A DNA stretch of 64,000 nucleotides, taken from positions 64,001 to 128,000 of the IMG/VR virus record IMGVR_UViG_3300034122_002202. One strand, given 5' to 3'. The DNA is from a virus. Below, in pieces: positions 50,940 through 59,879 of the stretch. The translations under genes and the position numbers were made by a program. Position 1 is the stretch's first letter. Each line of letters starts with the position of its first letter. The notes beneath the pieces are model-generated. The model did not search any database. It was not told the DNA's origin and saw nothing but the letters and a program-made list of their open reading frames with translations.

Positions 50940-51719
50940 CTATTTTACTAGTTTAAGTCCAGAAGATATTTCTCTCCACGCAATAGCAAAATCTTCTTTG
51001 GTTTGCATTTTGCTAGTTTTATATAGATCAAAAAGTTTTTCTTGTATTTCTGTAAATAAAGGTTCCCATTTTGTTCTATCTCCACCAGATTTAGTTAATG
51101 CAAATTTATTTGATTCTGCGGTTTTTTTCAATATGTCTTCAAGTGTTGCAATTGTTCCAGCAGCAATAGCAGCAGCCATGCTATCAAAAGATGTTGCAAT
51201 AGCAGTAGACTGTTTTACCTTATCTGACTTTGATATTTTTAAAACTTTAACATTGTCATAAATAAATTTGGAAAGTCCATACTTTGATTCCCCAAACTCT
51301 GGTTCAACCTCTGGCTCTACTGGAGTACTAGGTTCTTCTTCACCAATAAAAACATCTGTTGAAATAAAATTCGTTCTAGTAGCAGCCTCTAAAAGTTTTT
51401 CGTTTTCTTTAACTATGTATAAATGAGTTATTGAAACAATAACCTTAAGTTTTTTTGCTTGTATTCCAGAACCAAAGAAAACGCCATTTTCGTAATTGCG
51501 AATTCTTTTTTCTGTGTACCCGTCAAAAACTTTCCATGCATATGTAGTTGAAACCAAAAACTTTGGCGTAGATTGAATTGGGCTTATAGATAAATCTACA
51601 AGCTCACCTAAAGGAATTGGTACTTCTGCACCAACAATTTTTTGTTCTGGAATAATAAAATTTTCTGCAAAGGCAAAATTGCAAAATACTAAAAAAAAGA
51701 ACATAGTTTTTTTAAACAT
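50940..51719 (-). CDS. Secreted protein (signal peptide, Pro/Glu linker)
   Basis: MFKKTMFFFLVFCNFAFA; EPSTPVEPEVEPE. Confidence 0.7.
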   Translation of the reverse strand: MFKKTMFFFLVFCNFAFAENFIIPEQKIVGAEVPIPLGELVDLSISPIQSTPKFLVSTTYAWKVFDGYTEKRIRNYENGVFFGSGIQAKKLKVIVSITHLYIVKENEKLLEAATRTNFISTDVFIGEEEPSTPVEPEVEPEFGESKYGLSKFIYDNVKVLKISKSDKVKQSTAIATSFDSMAAAIAAGTIATLEDILKKTAESNKFALTKSGGDRTKWEPLFTEIQEKLFDLYKTSKMQTKEDFAIAWREISSGLKLVK

Positions 51720-51721
51720 GA

Positions 51722-51979
51722 TTAAGCCTCATTTTTCGCTACTTTTATAGCAAGTAAGAAATCTTCAGAAGTAATTGGTTTTGTGTTATCAAACTTATTA
51801 ATTAGAAATGTAATAGCCGGAATAACCCAAGGCTCTTGTGCTAGTGAAGAAACAACATCGACAATTTTATCATCTGCTTCGCCTGGAATAATCGTTGAAA
51901 CAAACTTTAAAGTTGAAATAACAATAGACATTGTTTTTTGAACTTGTTCTGGACTAACTGCGGTTCTAACATCGCTCAT
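51722..51979 (-). CDS. Small hypothetical protein (possibly membrane-associated/holin-like)
   Basis: AGGAG RBS; IPGEADDK motif between amphipathic helices. Confidence 0.55.
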   Translation of the reverse strand: MSDVRTAVSPEQVQKTMSIVISTLKFVSTIIPGEADDKIVDVVSSLAQEPWVIPAITFLINKFDNTKPITSEDFLLAIKVAKNEA

Positions 51980-52019
51980 AATAATCTCCTGTTTAAAAAA
52001 GTAAAAAGGGTCCGATTGT

Positions 52020-52616
52020 TCAATTGTAGTCACTGCTCCAACTAGAAGCAAGTATTATAGAGTCTTTATTTTGAATTTCAATATTTAAAACATCGTCAAG
52101 TTGTTCGCTTCCAAATGTTTTTATTTCTCCGTTTTTTAAAGAGTATATAATCCAATTTTTATATTTTTTATTTAAAACTTTAGAAAGTGCATTGATAGAG
52201 ACATTTTTAGGTTTTTTCTTGGTTGGAATTATTGCTTCTTCTATATTTTTTTGAATTTCAATATCATCAAAAAGATTACCAAAACCTATCCAGAATCTAT
52301 ATCTTGTCCATACTCTAAGTATTTCTACCCCTTCAACTTCCTCGATTGTTTTCATGATGTTTCTAGTTATGTCAAAATTGCAATGACCAACCCACATTTT
52401 ATAAAGCTTGCTAGTTATTGCGTTTTCGTTTATTGGTATTGTGCCATAAGGCCCAAGAATAACTCTCATATGCCTGTCTGGTTCTTCATCTTTGTCTTTA
52501 TCGAAGAAACTATCTTTCTGCGATTGTATTTCGTTATCATCAGCAGAATATGGGTCTTCCTTGGGAAAAAAAGGGTCTTCCCATTTAAGCCAAGATATTT
52601 TTTTGTTCATTTTCAA
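52020..52616 (-). CDS. Hypothetical protein
   Basis: WVGHCNFDIT..GVEILRVWTRYRF conserved-looking core. Confidence 0.65.
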   Translation of the reverse strand: MKMNKKISWLKWEDPFFPKEDPYSADDNEIQSQKDSFFDKDKDEEPDRHMRVILGPYGTIPINENAITSKLYKMWVGHCNFDITRNIMKTIEEVEGVEILRVWTRYRFWIGFGNLFDDIEIQKNIEEAIIPTKKKPKNVSINALSKVLNKKYKNWIIYSLKNGEIKTFGSEQLDDVLNIEIQNKDSIILASSWSSDYN

Positions 52617-53400
52617 ATGACTTCCTATACTGATGCCAACCCATAAAGTTTCCAGAGTATTCCCAAGGATTTACAGATGGAGAAGCACAATGCTCAAATG
52701 GACTCCAATGACCTTCTTTTGCAAGAACATCATGAAGATCGTAATCTTTTTGGTGATCTATTACTCCATCAAAATTTAAATAGCTAACCCTAGCACATCT
52801 TGCCACACAAATTTTAAGTTTTTGTTCAATAGAAAGTTTTTCGTCAATAAATCTATCGCCAAATGGTATATGCCAATCACCAAAGTTTATAGCCTTTGGA
52901 ATTGATTCTTTTAAACAATCTTTCATTTTTAATGCAAGGTCTTGTATTTCTGGTTGTGCATCTTTATGACTTCTTAATTTGAAAAAATTATCAAATTCTG
53001 TAGCCGTAAGAATTACAGTAACATTAAACCAAGGCTCAAGAAGCCTATTTACTATTTGCTTATGAACACCTATAGACATCATTTCTTTAGCACAATGTAT
53101 CATTTTATCTCTAGCTTGAAGCCAAATTTCTTGAGCAACAGGAATGTCTGAAGGTGAAAGTTCAGATCTAGCTTGCATTCCAGATTGCTCTTTACCCCAA
53201 TGAATTGGCATTGCTGGATGATTGTTTATTTGATCAATAAACTTTTTAGAAGGTATGGCCCTAGAACTAGCAGCATTTCTAGAAAAAACCCTATGAGTAT
53301 TAAACTCTGCAAGTATGAATCTTGGAAAAGTACAAACAAAAGTAGTTATTCTTTTTTTAGATTCACTTATAGAATCAGCAATTATTCTGCACTCAATCAT
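52585..53400 (-). CDS. thyX: FAD-dependent thymidylate synthase
   Basis: EFNTHRVFSRNAASSRA, LRSHKDAQPEI, ARCARVSY, HWSPFEH. Confidence 0.93.
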   Translation of the reverse strand: MIECRIIADSISESKKRITTFVCTFPRFILAEFNTHRVFSRNAASSRAIPSKKFIDQINNHPAMPIHWGKEQSGMQARSELSPSDIPVAQEIWLQARDKMIHCAKEMMSIGVHKQIVNRLLEPWFNVTVILTATEFDNFFKLRSHKDAQPEIQDLALKMKDCLKESIPKAINFGDWHIPFGDRFIDEKLSIEQKLKICVARCARVSYLNFDGVIDHQKDYDLHDVLAKEGHWSPFEHCASPSVNPWEYSGNFMGWHQYRKSFENEQKNILA

Positions 53401-53708
53401 TTTGTCTCTCTAAATAGAAAAGCCTCACTAGGCGAAACAAGGGGTATTTTTTCAGAATCAACAGAAAAACTTTCAAGTACTTTTTTTATTATTAATTCAG
53501 ATAATGCTTTTTGTTCTGTTAATATGCCAGCTTCTACAACTGACTGAAATATAGATGGGAATAAACTTCCACTTTGTATCATACCAATTAAAACTGAAAA
53601 TCTTTCTGCAAATATCATTTGTTCTTCAGAAGTAAGATCTTCTGGAATTTGAACTATTGAATTTATTTCATTGTCAATTAATTCAAAATATATTTTTGCG
53701 TTTATCAT
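53397..53708 (-). CDS. Hypothetical protein
   Basis: Coupled ORF; start trimmed. Confidence 0.6.
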   Translation of the reverse strand: MINAKIYFELIDNEINSIVQIPEDLTSEEQMIFAERFSVLIGMIQSGSLFPSIFQSVVEAGILTEQKALSELIIKKVLESFSVDSEKIPLVSPSEAFLFRETK

Positions 53709-53709
53709 G

Positions 53710-54102
53710 TTATCTCGAAAAATAGTTAAAGCAAGATATAACTTCTTGAGTGTATTTACTTTCAAATATTTTGTTTTCTAAAACAGAAGAAATAGTTTTC
53801 CACTCAATGTTTTCTTTTTCAAATGCATCTTGTAAGTAACAGGCATAAACTATAGATGAAGAATTTAAGTCAATCATTGTTCCACAAATAAATAAATTTA
53901 CCCATCCTTCAATATCTTTAAATTTTGCATCAAAAGAAGTTAATTCTTTAAATTTATCCACAACAAATAAATCTATATTTGAATCATCTCTATCAAAATT
54001 AAATGTTGGCAATTCATTATTATCTTTGTTTTTTTGTATTGCAATAACTGGTTCTTTATTTATTTCTCTTGCACATACAAGAAATGATACTTTTATTTTC
54101 AT
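53710..54102 (-). CDS. Hypothetical protein (possible degenerate NUDIX fold)
   Basis: Coupled ORF; ELP...FKELT...IEW pattern, weak. Confidence 0.5.
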   Translation of the reverse strand: MKIKVSFLVCAREINKEPVIAIQKNKDNNELPTFNFDRDDSNIDLFVVDKFKELTSFDAKFKDIEGWVNLFICGTMIDLNSSSIVYACYLQDAFEKENIEWKTISSVLENKIFESKYTQEVISCFNYFSR

Positions 54103-55169
54103 TATAAAATTTCCCGAATTATTTCTTTGCAAGAACTTTCCCATGTATTCTGTTTAAAAAATTCTATTCCAGAAATATTTGTTTTTAAATTATCATTTTG
54201 TTTTTTAATATGCAATTCTTTTAATTGATTAGAAAAATTATTTATGTAATTTTCTTCAAGTTTTGCCCAAGAACCAGTTCCATCAAACCATTTTGAATCA
54301 TTTGCTGGTTCTATTCCATCTGGATTAATTAAATAACAACCAGATTCAACACCATATTCAGTTGGTCCTGAGTAGTTTGTAGCTATACAGTTTTTACCTA
54401 TAGATAACATTTCTGCCAACTCTAAGTTCCAAGCCTCTGCTCGATAAGGAAATATGCCTATATCGCTTTTTTTCATAAGGTCATAAACTTCATTTTGTGT
54501 TTTTAGCCTATTTTTTAACACAACTATTTTGTCAAAAAATTTACTTTTTTCATAATATGAAATCCATTGATCTTGTTCTTCTTGCGAAAGAAATGGGTTA
54601 GAACAACACATTATTAATTTAAAATCATCATCAACATTAAATGTTCTTTCTAATATCTCAAGTATTAAATCGTGGCCTTTTCTTATTTCCCATTTACCTA
54701 TGCTCAATATTCTTGTTGTTTTAACATTGTCTGGTTCACATTGTTTAAAAATTAATTTATCGACACCAAGTCTAATTACTTTTACTTTAGATTCGTGTAT
54801 TCCAGATTTAACAATTATTTGTTTTGCCCAATCAGAACATACAAAAATTTTATCTAAAAAATTAAGATTGTGTCTTTCATTGTCTTTTATATTATCCATT
54901 TCAAAAAAAGTCATTCCATATTTTTTTCCACGACCAGCACCTAGTGCCATATCCCATTGATGCCACAACCTAAAGCTTGGTGCATCGTAGTCAAACGATG
55001 AAGCATTTTTCAAACTAGCCTTGACAATTGGAATTGTTTTTTCTTCGCAATCAATTGGACCAATTGGCCATAAAGAAAGATTGTGTGATTTTGAAAGTTC
55101 AATAAGAAGATTTGTTCCAACAACACCATAACCAAGCTGATTGATTGGAGCAGAAAAATTAATATTCAT
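54102..55169 (-). CDS. Glycosyltransferase family 4
   Basis: LGYGVVG, IGKWEIRKG, RAEAWNLELAEM, TNYSG. Confidence 0.88.
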   Translation of the reverse strand: MNINFSAPINQLGYGVVGTNLLIELSKSHNLSLWPIGPIDCEEKTIPIVKASLKNASSFDYDAPSFRLWHQWDMALGAGRGKKYGMTFFEMDNIKDNERHNLNFLDKIFVCSDWAKQIIVKSGIHESKVKVIRLGVDKLIFKQCEPDNVKTTRILSIGKWEIRKGHDLILEILERTFNVDDDFKLIMCCSNPFLSQEEQDQWISYYEKSKFFDKIVVLKNRLKTQNEVYDLMKKSDIGIFPYRAEAWNLELAEMLSIGKNCIATNYSGPTEYGVESGCYLINPDGIEPANDSKWFDGTGSWAKLEENYINNFSNQLKELHIKKQNDNLKTNISGIEFFKQNTWESSCKEIIREIL

Positions 55170-55197
55170 TGTGTCCTCCTTTTGTTCCTAATTCATA

Positions 55198-55392
55198 CTA
55201 CAGAAAACGATTGTCTTTATCAATAACATTTGATCTTGTTTTTTCATAAATTACAATTTTTGTATATTCGTTTTCTTCTAAAAAGGCAGCTTTTTTCTCT
55301 GCTCTTTGCCAATATTTTTCTTCATACTCAGCTATTTTAATCCTATTCTTTCCTCCTGGAACTACTCCCCAAACCTCAAAGTAAGTTGTCAT
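55198..55392 (-). CDS. Small hypothetical protein
   Basis: GGAG RBS, upstream GGGGTATTTAAGTATG motif. Confidence 0.65.
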   Translation of the reverse strand: MTTYFEVWGVVPGGKNRIKIAEYEEKYWQRAEKKAAFLEENEYTKIVIYEKTRSNVIDKDNRFL

Positions 55393-55557
55393 GGGAAATC
55401 TCCAAAGAGAAATATTAACCCATACTTAAATACCCCTTAATCCGTAGTATCAACACACTTACAGTTATTGTTATGAATTAAATCCGCTAATATGTAGCTT
55501 AATGTTAAATACATTAACAAAAATGAAAATATTATTATGATTATATTCCGTACAGCT

Positions 55558-55827
55558 TTACTGTATAGAAATGTATTTCGATAGTTTTGTTCCATACAAT
55601 TCTTTTATTTGTTTTTTTTGGATCATGTTTTTTAAACTGTCGTTTATTTCTCTAGATGAATATTTATTATGAGAAAATTCTTTAAGTATATCCTTATGTA
55701 TTTTTTCAAAAAGCATCTCTTCTGGTATTAAATAGTCAGAAGGTATGTTCTGATATATAAGACTGTCTAGCTCACTAGAAAATCTTTCGTTTCCAATTAA
55801 TTTGTTTTTTGTGTAATGAGTTTGCAT
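55558..55827 (-). CDS. Hypothetical protein (possible winged helix)
   Basis: Follows def; start trimmed. Confidence 0.5.
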   Translation of the reverse strand: MQTHYTKNKLIGNERFSSELDSLIYQNIPSDYLIPEEMLFEKIHKDILKEFSHNKYSSREINDSLKNMIQKKQIKELYGTKLSKYISIQ

Positions 55828-55828
55828 G

Positions 55829-56323
55829 TTAATTCCACTCCGCTGGTGTTGGTGCATTGTTCCATTGAAAATCATGAAAAGTTAAACCATGCAAGTGTGC
55901 TATTTCATGCTGAACAACTGCACTTTCAAGATTTTTAATAGTATCACTTTCAAGAGAAACATTACCAAAAAAGATTGTTTCTTTATGATTATCGCAAGAA
56001 ACTTCAACCCACATATGCCTATATATATCTAATTCAATGTCTGGATAACTCAAACATTGTTCTTTATTTCTAATTCTAACATTAGAAAAAGAAATAATTT
56101 TTGGATTTATTAAAACAAAAGGTTTACTATTTTTGATGGCTATACATACACAAGCATCTATGCCGACTTGATTTGCTGCTAAACCAACTATTTTAGTGTT
56201 TGTTTTTTTCTTTAGTGTGTTTAAAAACATGCCCAATCTTTTGGCAATTTTAAATCCAGTTTTTAAATCTACATTTAAACACTTTTTTTTTAACAAATCA
56301 TTATTGTTTAGAATTATTTTCAT
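55829..56323 (-). CDS. def: Peptide deformylase
   Basis: VGLAANQVG, EQCLSYP, QHEIAHLHG. Confidence 0.9.
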   Translation of the reverse strand: MKIILNNNDLLKKKCLNVDLKTGFKIAKRLGMFLNTLKKKTNTKIVGLAANQVGIDACVCIAIKNSKPFVLINPKIISFSNVRIRNKEQCLSYPDIELDIYRHMWVEVSCDNHKETIFFGNVSLESDTIKNLESAVVQHEIAHLHGLTFHDFQWNNAPTPAEWN

Positions 56324-56789
56324 TTAAGTACTCTTCTATATGTTTTTTTACTTTGGCAGCATTTACATATCCATCTGGAATTACTGCAAATCTACAAGCA
56401 CCATCAAGTTCTATTGTTTGGCTGATTATCTTGCATGAATTTTCTGATTTATGCAATGCACAATTACCGCATTTAACTCCAATATCTTTTACTTCATTCT
56501 TGTCTGCGTTTTCATAACCAACCCAAATACCATCGCTTTTATCAATTGGTCCAATCTTATCAACTAAAGATAACAATGAGTCTGCTAATGCCTTTTCATC
56601 ACTTGAAAGTTGTGAATAAAGCTGTTCGTCTGATTGAGACTTCATTATCTTAGAAAAATTTTCTGGTCCTTCAATTGAAATACCTTGTCTTATTGCTTCT
56701 TTTTTAGAGTCTTTACCAGTATAACATTTGCCTTCATCTCCCCACTTCCAACCATCTTTATTGTTTTCGAAACAGTTTTTTAAAGGCAT
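56301..56789 (-). CDS. Hypothetical protein with HiPIP-like Cys motif
   Basis: CGNCALH..C.II...I..DGAC; N-terminal GWKWG..GKCY domain. Confidence 0.55.
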   Translation of the reverse strand: MPLKNCFENNKDGWKWGDEGKCYTGKDSKKEAIRQGISIEGPENFSKIMKSQSDEQLYSQLSSDEKALADSLLSLVDKIGPIDKSDGIWVGYENADKNEVKDIGVKCGNCALHKSENSCKIISQTIELDGACRFAVIPDGYVNAAKVKKHIEEYLNENNSKQ

Positions 56790-57175
56790 TAGAATCTCCT
56801 AGATATAAGCTTGCAAAGTTTTATGAAATACTTTTCATTTAAACTCATCTTCATATAATTAACATCTTTATGAACCCACTGTATATTTTCTTTAGTATAG
56901 TCAAGATTACTATTCTTTCTATCTAATGATGCTGTTCCTAAAGAATATATATCTTTATTATTAATTCTTTTTAAATATTTTTTATGGGTTATTTTTAAAC
57001 CAGTATAGAAACATCTTCTATTTTGTTTTAAAAAAATTAACCAAGCCTCTTCTATTGTTACTGTTATTTGTATATTTCTTTTTTTGGCATTTTTTTTTAA
57101 TGAAGACCAATATTTTCCAGAAATTTCGCCAAAAGTTTTATTGTTATGCGATTTTTTTTTCATGATTACCCCCAT
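56789..57175 (-). CDS. HNH-type (His-Me) endonuclease
   Basis: CFYTG, SLDRKNSNLDYTKENIQWVHKDVNYMK. Confidence 0.8.
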   Translation of the reverse strand: MGVIMKKKSHNNKTFGEISGKYWSSLKKNAKKRNIQITVTIEEAWLIFLKQNRRCFYTGLKITHKKYLKRINNKDIYSLGTASLDRKNSNLDYTKENIQWVHKDVNYMKMSLNEKYFIKLCKLISRRF

Positions 57176-57209
57176 ACTAATACACAGTATGAGGGTAAAT
57201 CATTAAAGA

Positions 57210-57926
57210 TTATTTCATAGAAACAGCTTGTGGGCTTGAATTTTTGAATGCTGTTGATTCATTTTTCCAGCCAAATTGTTCTAGTGCTGTATGATAGCCA
57301 CTTGTCCATGAACCATCTGCATAAAGTTTTGCACAAGCTTCCCAACCATCACGATATGAACCAGAACCAGTTGGTGAACCAGCCCTTAAAATAGCATCTC
57401 TATAACCATTTTCATAAGTTGGTTTGCTTCTATCTGCATAAATTTCATCTTTCAAAAGTCTATTTTCAGCAGCTAAAAGTTCTTTAACTGTTGAGTTTTT
57501 ATTAGTTTCTACTACATACATATGACTAACATAAATTGAATATCCTAAAAAAACCAAAGCAATAGAACCAAAAAACTTAGCCATAATAGTCCTCCATATA
57601 GAAATAGGTCTTTGAAAAGTCTTAACTCTAAATTGTTTTACTCTTTTGTAATGTTCTTGGCAATCCCTAATTACTTCTGGATTATAATTTTTATAGTTGT
57701 GCAAATGACCAAAAACAAAGTGACAATATTTGCAAAGAGTGCATAAGTTATCTCTGCACAACTCTTTAGATGCATCAACATTAACTGGTATTTTATGATG
57801 AACTTGAACATCTTTTTTTGTGCCACAACCTATGCACGATGGATTATCTTTGATATATTGACAACGAACAGTCCACCATTTGCCAGAACGATCAGACGAA
57901 AATATCTTTAAAAAAAAGCTAATCAC
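57210..57926 (-). CDS. HNH endonuclease domain in frame with a membrane-anchored protein (internal start 57584)
   Basis: CIGC..VHH..NLCTLC..CH; GGAGG RBS before internal MAKFFGSIALVFLG. Confidence 0.7.
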   Translation of the reverse strand: MISFFLKIFSSDRSGKWWTVRCQYIKDNPSCIGCGTKKDVQVHHKIPVNVDASKELCRDNLCTLCKYCHFVFGHLHNYKNYNPEVIRDCQEHYKRVKQFRVKTFQRPISIWRTIMAKFFGSIALVFLGYSIYVSHMYVVETNKNSTVKELLAAENRLLKDEIYADRSKPTYENGYRDAILRAGSPTGSGSYRDGWEACAKLYADGSWTSGYHTALEQFGWKNESTAFKNSSPQAVSMK

Positions 57927-58089
57927 TTGTTGTTTCTCTTGTTATTTTTGTTCCCCATTTTCCAAATTCGTTAGTCATACTTTTTAATTTTTCACCACAC
58001 TTTTTACATAGCCTGTTTGTTTTAGGATCAACGCTCATAAATTTTTTATTGCACCAACCTAAACAATTTACAGAAACCTTATTTTTCAT
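57919..58089 (-). CDS. 56-aa zinc-finger protein (absent from ORF track)
   Basis: MKNKVSVNCLGWCNKKFMSVDPKTNRLCKKC...; overlaps both neighbours. Confidence 0.7.
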   Translation of the reverse strand: MKNKVSVNCLGWCNKKFMSVDPKTNRLCKKCGEKLKSMTNEFGKWGTKITRETTSD

Positions 58090-58570
58090 CACCAATCTCC
58101 ACAGTGAATTTTACAGCATCGATATCATTAGGAAAATATTTCTTCTCTAACTTTGATTTGAATTTTTTACTGCTATAGAATTTAATGCTATCATTGTCAT
58201 CTTCCCTACAATACGCAGAAATTATTGGTTTAAACTTTTTTTGAATTAAAAATTCAATCATGGCAGTTCCGTAACCATTTCTTCTGTTCTTTGGATGAAC
58301 AACCAATTTTTCTATTATTGTTTCATTAGTTGCATTTTCAATCAAAATGAAGCCAACTATTTTAGAATTTTCGTAAATAACATAAGAAAATGTATTCTTT
58401 TTTCTAACAAAACTTGTAAAAGAAGATGAGGACCAAGCAGAATCATTTTGGATTTTGCCAAAGTCTGGATCATTTGTGTAACATGATGCCTTTTCTATTT
58501 CTACTACATCTAGGAGATTTCTTTTTATTAATAACTTTACATTTATCTCTGGTTCGTTTTTCTTTGCCAT
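58079..58570 (-). CDS. GNAT acetyltransferase, RimI-like
   Basis: IVGFI, LVVHPKNRRNGYG, N..SIKFY..KF, YF...DA. Confidence 0.85.
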   Translation of the reverse strand: MAKKNEPEINVKLLIKRNLLDVVEIEKASCYTNDPDFGKIQNDSAWSSSSFTSFVRKKNTFSYVIYENSKIVGFILIENATNETIIEKLVVHPKNRRNGYGTAMIEFLIQKKFKPIISAYCREDDNDSIKFYSSKKFKSKLEKKYFPNDIDAVKFTVEIGDEK

Positions 58571-58595
58571 AATGTTCTCGATATAAGAGGTTAGT

Positions 58596-58874
58596 ATGAA
58601 AAATAGAATAAAGGAAAGTCAACAAACACTCAAGGCTTATTTTAAAGGCAAAATTGATTTTCTCAATTTAAATACTGTAAATTTTAATAAGTCTGAATTT
58701 ATTTTATTTAAAAAGATAATAAGAAAGGCTTATTCAACTGGGTATATATCTGAATCTGAATTTATGGAAATAACCCTAATAGTTGGAAAAGATGTTGGTC
58801 ACTTAAACTCATTTGGCTTTATAGAGAAGAGCGTAGTTCAAATATTTTGCGACATAGCTAGTGAGGAACTATAG
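58596..58874 (+). CDS. Hypothetical protein
   Basis: GAGGT RBS, divergent from GNAT. Confidence 0.6.
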   Translation: MKNRIKESQQTLKAYFKGKIDFLNLNTVNFNKSEFILFKKIIRKAYSTGYISESEFMEITLIVGKDVGHLNSFGFIEKSVVQIFCDIASEEL

Positions 58875-59211
58875 TTTTGTCAAATTGATCATCAAAGCTG
58901 GATGACTCAAGTAATACACTCTCTTTCATGGCTGTTATCATATGTCTTTGATTCGCCCCTACAAAAATACAATCACCTTGTTTTAAAAGCTCTATATGGG
59001 CCAAATTTAAGTCATCGCCATCAGATATGTGCATCGACACCTCTCCAGAGAATATGTAAAAATAAGACTCTTTTTGAGCATGATAGTGCCAACTAGTTTG
59101 TTTAAAAATATCCATCTTTAATATTTTCAAGCATATCTCTTTAAAAGATTCGTTTACTACTGTTTCTTCACTGCCCCACTTTTTAAGTATTATGTCTGCT
59201 TTAAACTTCAT
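58858..59211 (-). CDS. Cupin-domain protein (sugar isomerase-like)
   Basis: KKWGSE, SWHYHAQKESYF, H..TA...LLESS. Confidence 0.8.
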   Translation of the reverse strand: MKFKADIILKKWGSEETVVNESFKEICLKILKMDIFKQTSWHYHAQKESYFYIFSGEVSMHISDGDDLNLAHIELLKQGDCIFVGANQRHMITAMKESVLLESSSFDDQFDKTIVPH

Positions 59212-59214
59212 TAC

Positions 59215-59525
59215 AAATACCCCTTCTTTACCCTGATAGCATAGCATCAGAGTTCTTTTGTTTACTTTCAGTGTGCTATAAACTCTACCAAACAAGACAT
59301 CAATTAAGAATTTTTGTGCTTTGCTCTATCAGGTCTAAGCGGAGAAGGGGTCACTCCGATCTTAGTGTTGATTCTTAATTAAACTTTTCGTGCCACCTGT
59401 TAAGAGTTTGGCTACTCTATGGCAGTCTTTGGGTCCATACCCTGGTGTTATGATTACTTCGGGGAAAGAACTGCGAAAGAACCGTTATTGAATTTGATAA
59501 CGCAGTTACTTATGATCATAAGCTT
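59215..59525. ncRNA. Candidate structured non-coding RNA/leader
   Basis: Largest intergenic gap, raised GC, at least five hairpins; family not recognised. Confidence 0.35.
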
Positions 59526-59788
59526 GTTATATAGCTGTCTACATTCTCCATACGCAATGCAAACATATAGCTACCATTGCCATTTTGCAATACAAAATCC
59601 TTAACTTTTTTACTATTCTTAATCTTTCTTTTGTCACCTATACAGACAACCTTCTCTAATAATTCAATTGCTTGTTTATCAGATGAGGCACAAAGAATTA
59701 TTGATATGCAACCATCTTTTGAAATTTTAGCTTTATATTTATTTTTATTTTTAAGAATTGTTATTTTTACATGATATGTTTTAATCAT
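59516..59788 (-). CDS. Hypothetical basic protein
   Basis: 90-aa ORF with GTGGT upstream. Confidence 0.55.
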   Translation of the reverse strand: MIKTYHVKITILKNKNKYKAKISKDGCISIILCASSDKQAIELLEKVVCIGDKRKIKNSKKVKDFVLQNGNGSYMFALRMENVDSYITSL

Positions 59789-59852
59789 TTAAAATACCAC
59801 AATGTTTTGATAAGCTTTCAAAATACACATACACTAATACAGTATATATGCT

Positions 59853-59870
59853 GGTGTATATTTATCTATG
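59853..59870 (+). promoter_or_regulatory. Candidate promoter motif GGTGTATATTTATCTATG
   Basis: Intergenic, immediately before GGAG RBS of HAD gene. Confidence 0.45.
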
Positions 59871-59879
59871 GAGATTAAT

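Noticed and set aside
59320-59500. tRNA, SAM-I or cobalamin riboswitch
   Set aside because: No TTCGA T-loop or cloverleaf, and core riboswitch consensus elements could not be placed; kept only as an unclassified structured region.
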